Source of the DNA: Felis catus | Taxonomy: Eukaryota | Assembly (NCBI RefSeq): GCF_018350175.1 | Contig: NC_058368.1 | Span: 27,654,001 to 27,718,000 of the forward strand | DNA length: 64,000 nucleotides | Reading direction: 5' to 3' | In this document: one piece after another, positions 1-11,929 of the stretch | How positions within the stretch are numbered: position 1 is the stretch's first letter | Layout of the letters: the number at the start of each line of letters is the position of its first letter | The notes under the pieces: model-generated | Seen by the model: only the letters and a program-made list of their open reading frames with translations | Database searches by the model: none | Told to the model about the DNA's origin: nothing | Made by a program: the position numbers and the translations under genes

Positions 1-110
1 GGCTCTGTGCTGACAGCATGGAGCCTACTTGGGATTCTCTTTCTCTCCCTCTCTCTGCCTCTCCCCATTCTGTCTTTCTCTCAAAAATGAATAAACTTAA
101 AAAAAAAAAA
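1..110 (+). mobile_element. CanSINE, 3' part
   Basis: GGCTCTGTGCTGACAG...(CT)-rich tract, AATAAA, A tail. Confidence 0.9.
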
Positions 111-139
111 AGTGATCCGAATAGAAACACAGAGTACAA

Positions 140-360
140 GGGCACCTGGGTGGCTCAGTCGGTTAAACGTCTGACTTCAGCTCAGGTCATGATCTCACAG
201 TTTGTGGGTTCGAGCCCTGTGTTGGGCTCTGTGCTGACAGTTCAGAGCCTGGAGCCTGCCTTGGATTCTGTGTCTCCCTCTCTCTCTGCTCCTCCCTCAT
301 TCATGCTCTGTCTCTATCCCTCAAAAATAAATAAAAGTTAAAAAAAGAAAGAAAGAAAAA
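140..360 (+). mobile_element. CanSINE (feliform type)
   Basis: GGGCACCTGGGTGGCTCAGTCGGTT head, CT tract, A-rich tail, degenerate TSD. Confidence 0.92.
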
Positions 361-1938
361 TACAGACTACAGGTTTTTCATTAATTGAATAGGTATATAA
401 AGATATTACATTCTATAACCAAAAGGACTTTAGAAATAAATCCCTTCATCTTCCAGAACATAAAATTGACATTTGGAGAGTTTAAGGAAGTGTTCAAGGC
501 CATATTGCTGGCTGGAAGGCAGAAGCCAGAGAAAAACGCCAGCCTCCTGCTTCCAGGTCCCTTCCCTAACATCCTGCCTCCTACACAGGGCCAGACAGGA
601 TTATCAGTAAGCATGCTACAGGCAATCAACAATCCCACCTCTGATAAATATATGACCTCAACACAAATCAAGTAATTTTTTGAATACTACTGTATAAGAT
701 ACACATTTTCTTTTTTCTTTCACTACAGGTATCTGAAAATAGATGTTCTCTTAGATCCATTTTAGAACTGGTTTCCTTGCCAGTAGGCACCGTCAACAAC
801 TTGTCAATCGTCTGAAAGACCTGAGTGCCTGATCCCACTGCAATCAATCAGAGAAGGGCACACACTTGACCTGGAAGGGACAAAGGATGTTTAGGAGAAA
901 GAGGGCTTTAAGGAGGCACTTTAAACACATTTCTGCCTGAGTCAATTACTCAGAAACCCCACAATACAAAGTAATAGTTGAGTAGATCTTTCAGTAACTG
1001 TTAAAGCTATTTGGAAATTTTAAGTAAAACCTCTTTTCAAAGTTTATTTTCTGTTTATTCATACTAAAGAGTAGCAAATGCAAAAATCAATGATGACGTT
1101 TAGTGAAAAGAATTTTTATAGGAAATAATTAAGTAAGAAAACTCAAAAAGAATGCCCTACTTTGGTGTGAGTTAGGATGTGCAGAAATCCAAAATTTGTT
1201 TTTAATTTTTTTCAAAATAATTAGAAAACTGAAATCCTGTAAATAAGAATCCAAAAAACCCTTCACTCCCCCCCACCACCCTTGACTTCTGAAATACAGT
1301 GCAACTTTCTACCATCTGTTATTTTAGAGAAGAAACAGTAATGAACATATGGGCTTTCTCTCTCAAGCAGCTGTAGTGTAGTTAAAGTTATAATAATTGT
1401 CTTTCTGTAAGATAAATTTACATTAAAAACCTGGCCAGTTAAAAACAAATGGCTCAGCCTCAGAGCCTTCCAGAATAAAATTAAGAAATACAGAATTATC
1501 TATGACATATTACAGAGATTTAGAGGATATCCTCTAAATCTTATGTTTTTATGTTTAAGGTTAAACCAACATAACTCATGATGCCCAAATCAGTTTATAC
1601 AGAGTCTACAATTCATGTTTTCTCTTTCCCAATCAAAATGCTAGGAGCCTCAAACAGTAGTTAGGTACACATACATAAAAATCAGTAACTAAATTCTTGA
1701 AAGCTTATGATATAAACCCACCACTTCTGTGGGTCAATGAACTCTAACCCAAAAGCATATTTATTTATAAGAAAAATCACAATACATGTGGCACATAATC
1801 TTCCATTTCAAATATATGTATGTGTGTGTGTGGGTGTATGTGTATACATATATCACTTATAATGAGTTTAAGTAAACTGAAAAGAAATTCAGAGCAGATT
1901 CACATCCACATATTTTGAAAATTAGGAATTTTGCCTAC

Positions 1939-2009
1939 CTTTATCTGGGTGATTCAAAATCATAATTCTCCTATGAGCTGTTCTAATCTTGGCCTTGCCA
2001 GCAGATGGG
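1939..2009 (-). CDS. DNAJC15: DNAJC15 exon 5 (71 nt, [26 protein letters not shown]-domain HPD motif)
   Basis: Acceptor ttctttttacag|CCC, donor AAAG|gtaggc; HPD signature. Confidence 0.97.
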
Positions 2010-2339
2010 CTGTAAAAAGAAATTAAAGTGCTTATAATAAATAGTGTCAAATGCAGAGTATAAATTAACAGTTTATATGGGTTTTAAGGAATTAAAAACT
2101 AATGAGAATTTCACCATCTTGTGGATAAATATGAAATTACAGCTTGTCCCTTAATTTTACTAACTATCAAAATAAACCATTGATTCAATGTCACATGCAT
2201 TTTTCCTCCTTTGTAATGCCAATCTCTATTCTTAATCACTTTAAAAAATAAAACACAATATATAGGGTAGGACAGTCACAGTCTATAGATTATACTCAGT
2301 TTGAAAACTTATGCTTCAAGTTATTTGAGGAGAAGGTAT

Positions 2340-2590
2340 TTTATATAGTGTGTAATAGACACATATTCAGACTCCAGAGCTCCTAGACTACCAGATTTTA
2401 ATCCCATTCCTATTTAGGATAGGGGTAACCTTGGTGAAATTTTTTAACCTCCCCATACTTCAGTTTTCTCATTGTAAAACAGGGCTCAGAAAGACATATT
2501 CCTCACAGAGCAACTGTAAGGACTGAATCAGTTAAAGCCAACAAAGTGCTAGATCAAGTGTTCCAAACTAGTTAGCTTTTATTATTATTA
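2340..2590 (+). mobile_element. MIR fragment
   Basis: MIR core-like cagttttctcattgtaaaacaggg and tattattatta end. Confidence 0.65.
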
Positions 2591-2630
2591 CATTTCAACA
2601 GAGCATCTCAAAACTCTTCATAACTCATAA

Positions 2631-2851
2631 TTTTTTAATATAATTTATTATTAAATTGGTTTCCATACAACACCCAGTGCTCATCCCAAGAAGTGCCCTC
2701 TTCCATGCCCATCACCCACTTTCCCCTCTCCCCTACCCGCCATCAACCCTCAGTTTGTTCTCAGTCCTTAAGAGTCTCTAATGGTTTGCCCCCCTCCGTC
2801 TCTGTAACTTTTTTTCCCCTCTTCTCCTCCCCCATGGTCTTCTGTTAGATT
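2631..2851 (-). mobile_element. 5'-truncated carnivore L1 3' end
   Basis: catacaacacccagtgctcatc...aaccctcagtttgttctcagt 3' UTR motifs; TSD ttcataactcataattt / ttcatagctcataattt. Confidence 0.88.
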
Positions 2852-5188
2852 TCATAGCTCATAATTTATTTAGCTTGGGAGAAACCTATGGGAAAATCCT
2901 AGCTGTTAGAGCCTATGCTGTAAACAAAAATTAAAGGAGAAAGTTAAATAAACCTAAAATTATTTCAGTAAAAACTAATCTATCCAGTATTGGAAATGTT
3001 TCTCACTAGCACATTCTCCAGGCAAGGAAACAAAATTAACACTAACAACAACAAAATTCTGGTATTGCTTATTAATAGCTATATTATCTTATCTAAGCTA
3101 CTTAGTATTTATGGGTCTCAAATGGGGATAATAGCAACTGACTTAAAGTATAGCATGGCTGTTGCAAAACGCAAAGTAATTTAATTCATATGAATGAACC
3201 ACACTGCAATAGCTAAAAAGCAGGTACTTTTAGAGAGATATTCAGACATAGGTTTAACATCCAGATTCCACCACTCATTAGCTACAACACTCTGTCTTGC
3301 TCACTTAAACTCTCCTAAGTAAAATGGACACAATAAACCACCTCCCAGGATTATTCTAAGGATAAATTAGATAATGCAAGTAAAAGGATTAGCATAACAT
3401 CATATACAGTGTTCAAAGTGTTCAAAAATAAATAGTTTTTAGTAATTATTATGAAGACAAAGGATGCTTATGAAAGTACATTACATATTTCCTTTCAAAA
3501 GTGGGGTATAAATAACCTAATTTGACGTCTCTTGAAGGACTCAAAAGTATTATCATGAGTATAAATTAAGTGCAAAGAAATTCTTAAGGTCTGCAGAGAT
3601 TTCTTACCCTTGTTTTAAAGAGTTCTAGAATGCTTTCCATTTAAGTTTTTCTATTTACTTTTAGAACTGCCTCCCTTGCTATCAGCTGTCAAGCCTTGAT
3701 TCTGCCATTGTTCCAGTCTCTAGCTATTCCTTGACCATTACTTACTACTTCTAATCTTCTGAGGTTAAATACCAGATCACCAAACATGTTAAAGCAATAA
3801 GCATATAAAACATTCTTCTATGAATGAAAAATGTCTTGAGTCAAAGACGAAACCAAAAGAGAAAAAATATTTTGAGACAAAAGAAAATGGAAATATAATG
3901 TAACAAATTTATAGGATGCAGCAAAAGCAGTTTTAAGAGGAAAGTTTATAGTAATAAATGCCTATATTAAGAAAAAGGAAAGAGCTCAAATAAATAACCT
4001 CCTTTATCCCCCAGGTAACTAGAAAAAAAAGGAAAAACTAAGACCAAACTTAGCTGAAGGAAGGAAATAACAAGGATTAGAGTAAAAATAAATGAAATAG
4101 TGACTAAAAAGATGACAAAAGATCAATGAAACTAAATTATTTTTTTAAAGATAATCAAAATAGACAAACCATTAGCTATACTCACCAAGAAAAAAGAAGA
4201 CAGTACTCAAATAAAATCAGAAATGAAAGAGAAGACATTAAAAGTGATACCACAGAAATACAAAGGGTCATTAGAGACTATATTAACAATTATACATCCA
4301 CAAAATGGAAATGTAGAAGAAACAGGTAAGTCCCAGAAACATACAACCTACCAAGATTGAATCAGGATGAAACAGAAAAGCTGAGCAGACCAATTATTAA
4401 TAATGAGATTAAATCATTAATCAAAAACCTCCCAACAAAGAAAAGCTCAGGACCTATGGCTTAAATGAAATCTACCAAACATTTAAAGAATACCAATTCC
4501 CCTCAAACTTTTCAAAAAACAAGAAGAAACATTTCCAAATTCATTTTATGAGACCAGTATTATCCTGACACCACAAGAGGACAAGGACACTATAGAAAAG
4601 AAAATTATAGTAAAAGGATCATACATCATGAACAAGTAGGATTACTCCAGGGACGAAAAGATGGTTCAACATCCACCTATCGATGTGAAACACCATAAAT
4701 GCGAAACAAAATACAGGATAGAAATCATATGATCTCCCCAAAGACACAGAAAAACATTTGACAAAATTCAGCACCCACTCATGATAAAAACTCTCAACAA
4801 AATGGGTATAGAGGGAACATATTTCAACACGATAAAGGCCATATGACAAATGCATAGCAAATATCGCACTCAATGGTGAAAAGCTCAAAGTTTTTCCCCT
4901 AAGATCAGATACAACACAAGGTTGCCTGCTCTCACCACTTTTATCCAACATAGTACTAGAAGTCATAGAGCAATTAGGCAAGATAAAGAAATGAAAGGCA
5001 TCCAAATTGGAAACAAAGAAGTAAAACTGCAGATTACATGATATTATATAAAGAAAACCCTGAAACTTAGAACTGATCAACAAATTCAGTGAAGTTGGAA
5101 GATATAAAATCAATATACAAAAATCTGTTACCTTTCTATATACTAATAACAAATAATCAGAAAGAGAAATTAAGAAAACAACCCCACT

Positions 5189-5400
5189 GGTGCCTGGATG
5201 ACTCAATCAGTTAAGTATCTGACTCTTGATTTTGACTTGGGTCATGATCTCAGAGTTGTGAGATTAAGCCCCGTATCAGGCTCTGTGCTGGATGTGGAGC
5301 CTGCTTAAGATTCTCTCTCTTCCTCTTCCTTTGCCCCTACCCCTGCTCACATGTACACACACACACACACTCTTTCTCCAAAAAAAGAAAAAAAGAAAAT
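5189..5400 (+). mobile_element. Older CanSINE inserted in L1
   Basis: ggtgcctggatgactcaatcagttaag head, A tail. Confidence 0.85.
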
Positions 5401-6292
5401 GATCCCTTTCACAATTGCATCAAGAAGAATAAAATACCTAGTAATAAACTTAATCAATGAAGTTAAGACCTGTACAATGAAAACTGTAAAATTCTGATGA
5501 AAGAAATTGAAAACACTAATAAATAGAAAGATATTCCATGCTCATAAGTTGGAAGAAATTTGTTAAAATGTCCATACTATTCAAAGCAATCTACAGATTC
5601 AATGAAAGACCTATCAAAATTCCAAAGGCATTTTTCACAAAAATAGAACAATCTTAAAATTTGTATGGAACCACAAAAGACTCCAAACAGCCAAAGATCT
5701 TGGTAAATGACAAAGCTGGAGGCATCACACCTCCTGCATTTAAAGTATATTACAAAGCTATAAAAATCAAAACAGTATAATATTAACTTAGAAAGAAACA
5801 CACAGATCAATGAAACAGTTCTGAGAGACCTCAGAAATAAACCCATGTATATATGGTCAATTAGTTTATGACAAAGGAGCCAAAAATGTAAAACAAGATA
5901 GTCTTGTCAATATGGCGTTGGGAAATTTGGACAGCTGACATGCAAAGGAATAAAACTGGACCCTTATCTTATACCATACACAAAACCAACTCAAAACAGA
6001 TTAAAGCCTTGAACTAAAGACCTGAAACCATAAAACTCCTAGAATAAAACACAGGGGGTAAACTCCTTGACATCGTTCTTGGCAGTAATTTTTAAAATCT
6101 GAAATCAAAAGCTAGGCAACAAAATTAAAACAATGGGACTCCATCAAAGTTTAAGAAGTTTCTACACAGAAAGGAAAACCATCAACAAAGTGAAAAAACA
6201 ACCTATGGAATAAGACAAAATATTTGCAAATCATATATCTGATAAGAGGTTATATCCAAAATATATAAAGAACTCATACAATTCAATAGCAA

Positions 6293-6331
6293 AGATAGAT
6301 AGACGGACAGACAGACAGATGATAGATAGAT
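6293..6331. repeat. (GATA/GACA)n compound microsatellite
   Basis: Directly visible. Confidence 0.85.
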
Positions 6332-6683
6332 CTCATTTTAAAATGAGTGGAGGATCTCCCTAGACATTTTTCCAAAAACATAAAATGGCAAACAGGTACA
6401 CGCGAAGGTGATCAGCATCACTGGTCATCAGGGAAAATGCAAATCAAAACAACAATGAAATATCACATCACACCTTCTAGAATGACTACCATCAAAAAGA
6501 CAAGAGACAAACAAGTGTTAGAAAGATGTGAAGGGAACCCCTGTACACTGTTGGTGGAAATGTAGACTGGTACAGCTACTATGGAACAGTATGGAGGCTC
6601 TGAAAAAATTAAAAATAAAACTACCATATGATCCAGCAATTCTACTTCTAGGTATATATCTGAAGGAAATAAAATCACTCTCA

Positions 6684-6895
6684 GGACGCCTGGGTGGTTC
6701 AGTCGGTTCACTGTCCAACTCTTGGTTTCGGCTCGGGTCACGATGTCTTGGTTTTGTGAGTTTGAGCCCTTCATTGGGCTCTGTGCTGACAGTGTGGAGC
6801 CTGCTCGGGATTCTCTCTCTCCCTCTCTCTGCCCCTCCTCCACTCATGCTGTCTCTGTCTCTCTCAAAAATAAATGAATAAACTTAAAAAAAAGT
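6684..6895 (+). mobile_element. CanSINE inserted in L1
   Basis: SINE head, CT tract and tail; TSD-like aatcactctc / atcagtctc. Confidence 0.88.
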
Positions 6896-6989
6896 ATCAG
6901 TCTCTCAAAGAGATATCAGCACCCCCATGTTCACTGTAGCAAGACATGGAAACAACCTGTGTCCATGGGCAGATGAATGAATAAAAATG

Positions 6990-7017
6990 TCACACACACA
7001 CACACACACACACACAC
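6990..7017. repeat. (CA)n microsatellite
   Basis: Directly visible. Confidence 0.9.
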
Positions 7018-8658
7018 CAGAATATTTTTCAGTCATTAAAAAGAAGAAAATCTTGCTACTTGGTGACAACATGAATTGACCCTGACAGCATTATGCTAAG
7101 TAAAAAAATCAGTCAAAGACAGAAAGACAAATACCGTATGATCTCATTTATATGTGGAATCTAAAAAAGCCAAACTCCCAAAAACAGAACAGACTGGTGG
7201 TTGCCAGAGGCAAGAGGAGAAGGGTGGGGGAAATGAGTGAAGGTAGTCAAAAGGTACAACTTACAGTTATAAGATAAGTGAGTCCTGGGGATGGAATATA
7301 CAGCATGGTGACTACAGTCAACAATGCTGTAGTTTATATTTGAAAGGTGCTGGAACAGTAGATCTTAAAAGTTCTCATCACAAGAAAAAATACATCTGTA
7401 ACTATGTGAGGTGAAGGATGTTAACTAAAGTTGTTATGGTAACCATTTTGCAATCTGTACATATTATACATATGTCAAATCATTATGTTATACATCTTAA
7501 ACTAATATACAATGTTATATGTCAATTATATCTCAATGAAACAAGAGGGAAATTTTTTAAATTAAAAAAACCTTTTTAATAATAAAAAAGTCTTTTAGTA
7601 TAAGGACTTTAGGGTATTCCTTTTGGCTTATGAAAGTCCTTTGGGGGACCATTTCAAACTTACTTTTTGGTTTGTAGATACTTCCCGGATAATCAAGACA
7701 GTGTCTGATTCTAAAGACTACTAAGTTTTGAAAAATAAGTCATTAAAATTACATCATGGCTGTGAATACTTTATTAATTGCCTATTAAGAAATGGAACAC
7801 ACATTATTTTTTTTAATTCCAGTATGGTTAGTTTCCCGCCGCAAACTTACATTTCTCATTCTCTTGTGTGGTGCTCTACAGCCCTTCTTTCCTTTATTAG
7901 TTATACTTTCTAGTTGTTCTGCATGTATTTGACATGTCTTCTTAAGGTAGATACTAAAGAGCAGAAGCTATGATTTGTATCTTAAAATAGCATCCAGTAT
8001 TGAATATTCAATATGTGCTTAATGCATTTTATATAGTCCTCCAAAACAAAATGGCTCTAAAAGGTAAACTCCTTCAAATAATGGCTCTATATTAGTAAAC
8101 ACTGACACTATAAAGGATTACTGTATTGCAGAAAATCTTAAAATGGAAAAAGAGGTGCTTTAAAAAACATTTCATAAAACAAATCAAATGTGAACCACTA
8201 GATAATGAAGATGTAAATTGGGTAAAATCCAAATGTACATTCTATGTTCTTTGGGGGGAGTATAAATGGTAAGCTGCATCTTACCCTGGATATTAAACTT
8301 TAATTTAGCATGTAGGACAAAATCTGAAAATTATCCTTGATAATTATATCTCATAGATTATCGTTCATAATCACTTACATTGCCTTTAACACTTGGTTTT
8401 GTACATAAAAGTCCATAAAGCATTATGTACACTGTAGTCTGCCAACCACTGAAATATACTGAAGGAAGTAAGAAATGCAAGGAAAGTTTCTATGTACAAG
8501 TATGGCCATTCAAAACATTATGCCTTTAAGATAATAATGATCAGAGTCCTAGTGGTGAGCTCTGGGGATAAGGGAAATATTCTTGTGTGCCTGCAGAATT
8601 TATTCCCTTTTCCTGACTGCTATATTAAGGCTCTAGGAATTTAATACACTTTAGTACC

Positions 8659-8897
8659 TTTATTTGTTACTCTAAAGATTAAACGGGATGGGAGAATCCT
8701 AGTTCTTAAACAGTACAAAAATTAAATAAAGCTCGGATATATCTCCAGTACGGACAATTTCACCGTGAAATTGAAATATAACTTTAAATATCACGTTGCC
8801 TACATCAAGGAATACAAACTGTTCCCAGGAATGCGTGTGACTGGGACTTGGGAAGTGGGGTTCATGGGACTGAGTGGTGTTCTCTAATCTCGTGGCA
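8659..8897. repeat. Local ~240-bp direct duplication, copy 1
   Basis: Aligns by eye end to end with 9627-9867. Confidence 0.95.
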
Positions 8898-9626
8898 AAT
8901 GGAGCAGTTTTGGTTTCATCACTCTTACTATTGGTCTTTTGAATAACATTTAGCTTAACATAATTCCACAGGAGTGTTCAGAAAGTATGAAAATCTCAAA
9001 TGTGCATCATTTCAGAAAGTAACAAGTATGAACAATAGTTTTCCTGGACCGCTCGGTAAAATATTTTAGGCTTCGAGAAATCAGTAAGAATGCATAGACT
9101 CATCTAATAGCATATAGAGTATTTTTTTAATAGGTCATCAACAGTCAGCTCCACTGTGCCTCTACCTACTTGTTACATAGTCTAAGTAGTTTAGATTCAA
9201 TGATCACAGAGAAGGGAGCCACAGCAACGTATTCACATCTTGAAGAGTCTTCTCAAAAACAACACTACCTGACTGAAAGAAAAGGCTAGAGGAAAGCAAA
9301 TAAGGGTTACCTTTCTGTTTAATATGTAAAGGGCAAATATTTAGCTTCTGCATTTGTGATACAAACAGTAAGAAAGAGAAGCCGACATTTATTTAGCATC
9401 TGTTATTTGGTAGGCACTATTATAAAAAGATATCGTCATATCATTTTATATTATTTCAACCAGACTAAATATTACTAACTCCATTCAAAAATGAAGAAAC
9501 TGAAGGGCAGAAAAGCTAAAAATAACTTGACTGGGATCCTATAATGCAGTGCTTCAGTGACAGAAGCAGGATAAGAATCTGTTTGGCTCAGCTGGTATTT
9601 GTTGTTATTTGTTAATACATAAGACA

Positions 9627-9867
9627 TTTATTTGTTATTCTAAAGATTAAACAGGATGGGAGAATCCTAGTTCTTAAACACAGTACAAAAATTAAATAAA
9701 GCTCGGATGTATCTCCAGTACAGACAATTTCACCATGAAATTGAAATATAACTTTAAGTATCATGTTGCCTACATCAAGGAATACAAACTGTTCCCTGGA
9801 ATGCACGTGACTGGGACTTGGGAAGTGGGGTTCACAGGACTGAGTGGCATTCTCTAATCTTGTGGCA
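9627..9867. repeat. Local ~240-bp direct duplication, copy 2
   Basis: Aligns with 8659-8897; about 13 differing sites including one 2-bp indel. Confidence 0.95.
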
Positions 9868-10010
9868 CTAAGTGCTGTGTTTACGTGCATTATTGTCTAT
9901 GTATCGGTCTCCACAACAACCCTACCAGACAGAAACTATTATTATCTCTATTTTACAAATGAGGACACTGAGGTCATGCAGCTAGTAAATGGTAAAACTG
10001 GTATTCATAG
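9868..10010 (-). mobile_element. MIR fragment
   Basis: cacaacaaccct...tattattatctctattttacaaatgaggacactgagg. Confidence 0.75.
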
Positions 10011-10032
10011 ATTCACCTGTTACGAGCATATA

Positions 10033-10241
10033 CTTTTCAGTTTACATTGTGAGAGAGAGCACATGTGCATGCAAGTGAGCAGGGGAGGAGCAGAGAGAGA
10101 GAGGGAGGGAGAGAATCCCAAGCAGGCTCCACACTGTCAGTGCAGAGCCAGATCCGGGACTCACTCTCATAAACTGTCAGATCATGGCCTGAGCTGAAAT
10201 CAGGAGTCTGACACTTAACCAAATGAGCCACCCAGACTCCC
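10033..10241 (-). mobile_element. CanSINE
   Basis: Reverse-complement head and body; TSD gagcatatac / gagtatatac. Confidence 0.88.
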
Positions 10242-11424
10242 TGAGAGTATATACGCTTAACCAGCAAATCATCTTTGTGAAATTTTCTACAGTTTCTAGG
10301 TTAACAAGATAAACCTTTAAAAACAGAAATCTTAAGTCAACTCCTAATTACCTGTCGTAACAACAGGAATGCTTTGGATGATATCGACTGATACTCTCAA
10401 AAACCTTTGTGTTTGGTTTTATAGTAAGTTCCATATTCACATTTCAAGACTATGAATGGGATGCTCTGGGGGCCCAATAATAGTTCCAGAAAAATAACAA
10501 GGCCATCCTGAATAATATTAAAGCAAAGAATGGTCAGAAATAGAGCCAACTTCCTATTTTGGTTCTCTCCCCTACCTAAAACCTATTCTCAGTGAGAAAC
10601 TTCATCTCTTATATTTAAATAAAGCACCAAGCTCAACCGAACCATTTCCTTTGCTCCCTACCCCTTACCTTTTCTTGCTAAGTCAAAAGAAATAATAACA
10701 TGTTTTGGCCTTAAAAATGTGCAAATCTACAAGAGATCCAAAAAACTGTATCAATACAGGACTTTGTGATCTATTCTGCTTAATGATGTTGATTAAATCA
10801 TCAGAAGATCTGCTGCAGATGACATACTGTAACCAACCCCCACAAAAATTTGAGTGGGCTCTAAGGGAACATAAGGTAAACAAATGAATATAGCGACTAG
10901 CAACTAAATGGCAGGGGGCATATTCTTAACTTTAAGTGTTAAATGTTATCACAGAGCAATCACACAACATCATTAGCTTTCTCCTATGTGGTCCAAAGTC
11001 ACACAATAGATACTAGGGTGAAACAATTATAATAAAATATGCTAGATGTCAAATAGTGAAAAAAGAAAAGAACTGTGAAATAGATCCTATATTATAACAG
11101 AAAATACGATAGATAATAAATTATAAAACTGAGTTCAGAAAGAATGGGGTATCACAGTAAGGGAGATTTTGACAATTGCTTTGAAATTTTACTACTGTAT
11201 TCAAACATAAGAGCTCAGAGCCCCTTGTTAAGGAATAAGGACACATCACATCTTTGCCTGATATTTTTAGGGATTTGGGCTTTTAAAATGTAAAAATTTT
11301 GTATTTTTTCCTCTGCTTCCTATTCATAATTTAAAATATAAGGAAAACTTTACTGTAACATTTTCTCCCTTTTTCAAGACAAGCTTGGCCACAGAATAAA
11401 ATAAGACTTATGTAGCTCACCTAC

Positions 11425-11501
11425 CTTATACCCAAAATAAGACTAGCTTCTCGCCTACTCATTTTCTGTTCAAATCCTCCTTTATAGTAGGATGAAAGGC
11501 T
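11425..11501 (-). CDS. DNAJC15: DNAJC15 exon 4 (77 nt, [26 protein letters not shown])
   Basis: Acceptor ctttcctgtacag|AGC, donor AAG|gtaggt; carries the Pam18/Tim14-family YYKGGFE.KM..REA motif. Confidence 0.97.
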
Positions 11502-11929
11502 CTGTACAGGAAAGAAAGAGCATGAAATAATTAGTTGCATGTATGAGGTGGCAGGACCTCAAACCTATCATAGCTGCAATAAGAGTAATGCATTTTACTA
11601 CAAGGCAACCTGAAACTGTAGGGGGGGGCACTAAACAAGGATCCTTTACAAGAAACTATGACCAAGACGAACTTAAAAAACATTAACAATTTTTTCACAT
11701 TCAAATACATTAATTTTTCTACACTAAGATATAACAGAATCAAAGCAATCAACAGAAGCAAAGGCTCGAACTCTTCCTAAGCTCTGCAATAATTTTCTCA
11801 TTGGGTAACCTTGACAAGTCATTTAATATTGATATGACACACATCTTTTTTACCCACTGGACTGGCTGATAGAGAAGGAAGAGGAAGAGGAGGAACTGAC
11901 AAAGTGGGGAGGACGTCAGAATAGCAGAC

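Larger units (their letters stand above)
3820..7565 (+). mobile_element. Degenerate 5'-truncated LINE-1 (ORF2 remnant plus L1MA-like 3' UTR), interrupted by two CanSINEs
   Basis: ORF2-derived motifs (ggatgcagcaaaagcag, cacccactcatgataaaaactctcaac, aaagctggaggcatcacac, ccatatgatccagcaattc) with many stops and frameshifts; 3' end tgtcaattatatctcaat. Confidence 0.93.

Noticed and set aside
705..735. Strong plus-strand acceptor ttttcttttttctttcactacag|G suggesting an antisense exon
   Set aside because: No supporting ORF, partner exon or promoter can be identified; such tracts are common in AT-rich introns.
4619..5206. 195-aa minus-strand ORF
   Set aside because: It is the antisense frame of a decayed L1 ORF2.
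7998..8013. 16-bp palindrome TATTGAATATTCAATA
   Set aside because: Short and AT-rich; expected by chance in this composition.
10352..10725. Two further possible cryptic exons in intron 4 (10507-10352 and about 10725-10669)
   Set aside because: Only splice-like motifs, with an in-frame stop in the first and no homology; indistinguishable from chance without RNA data.
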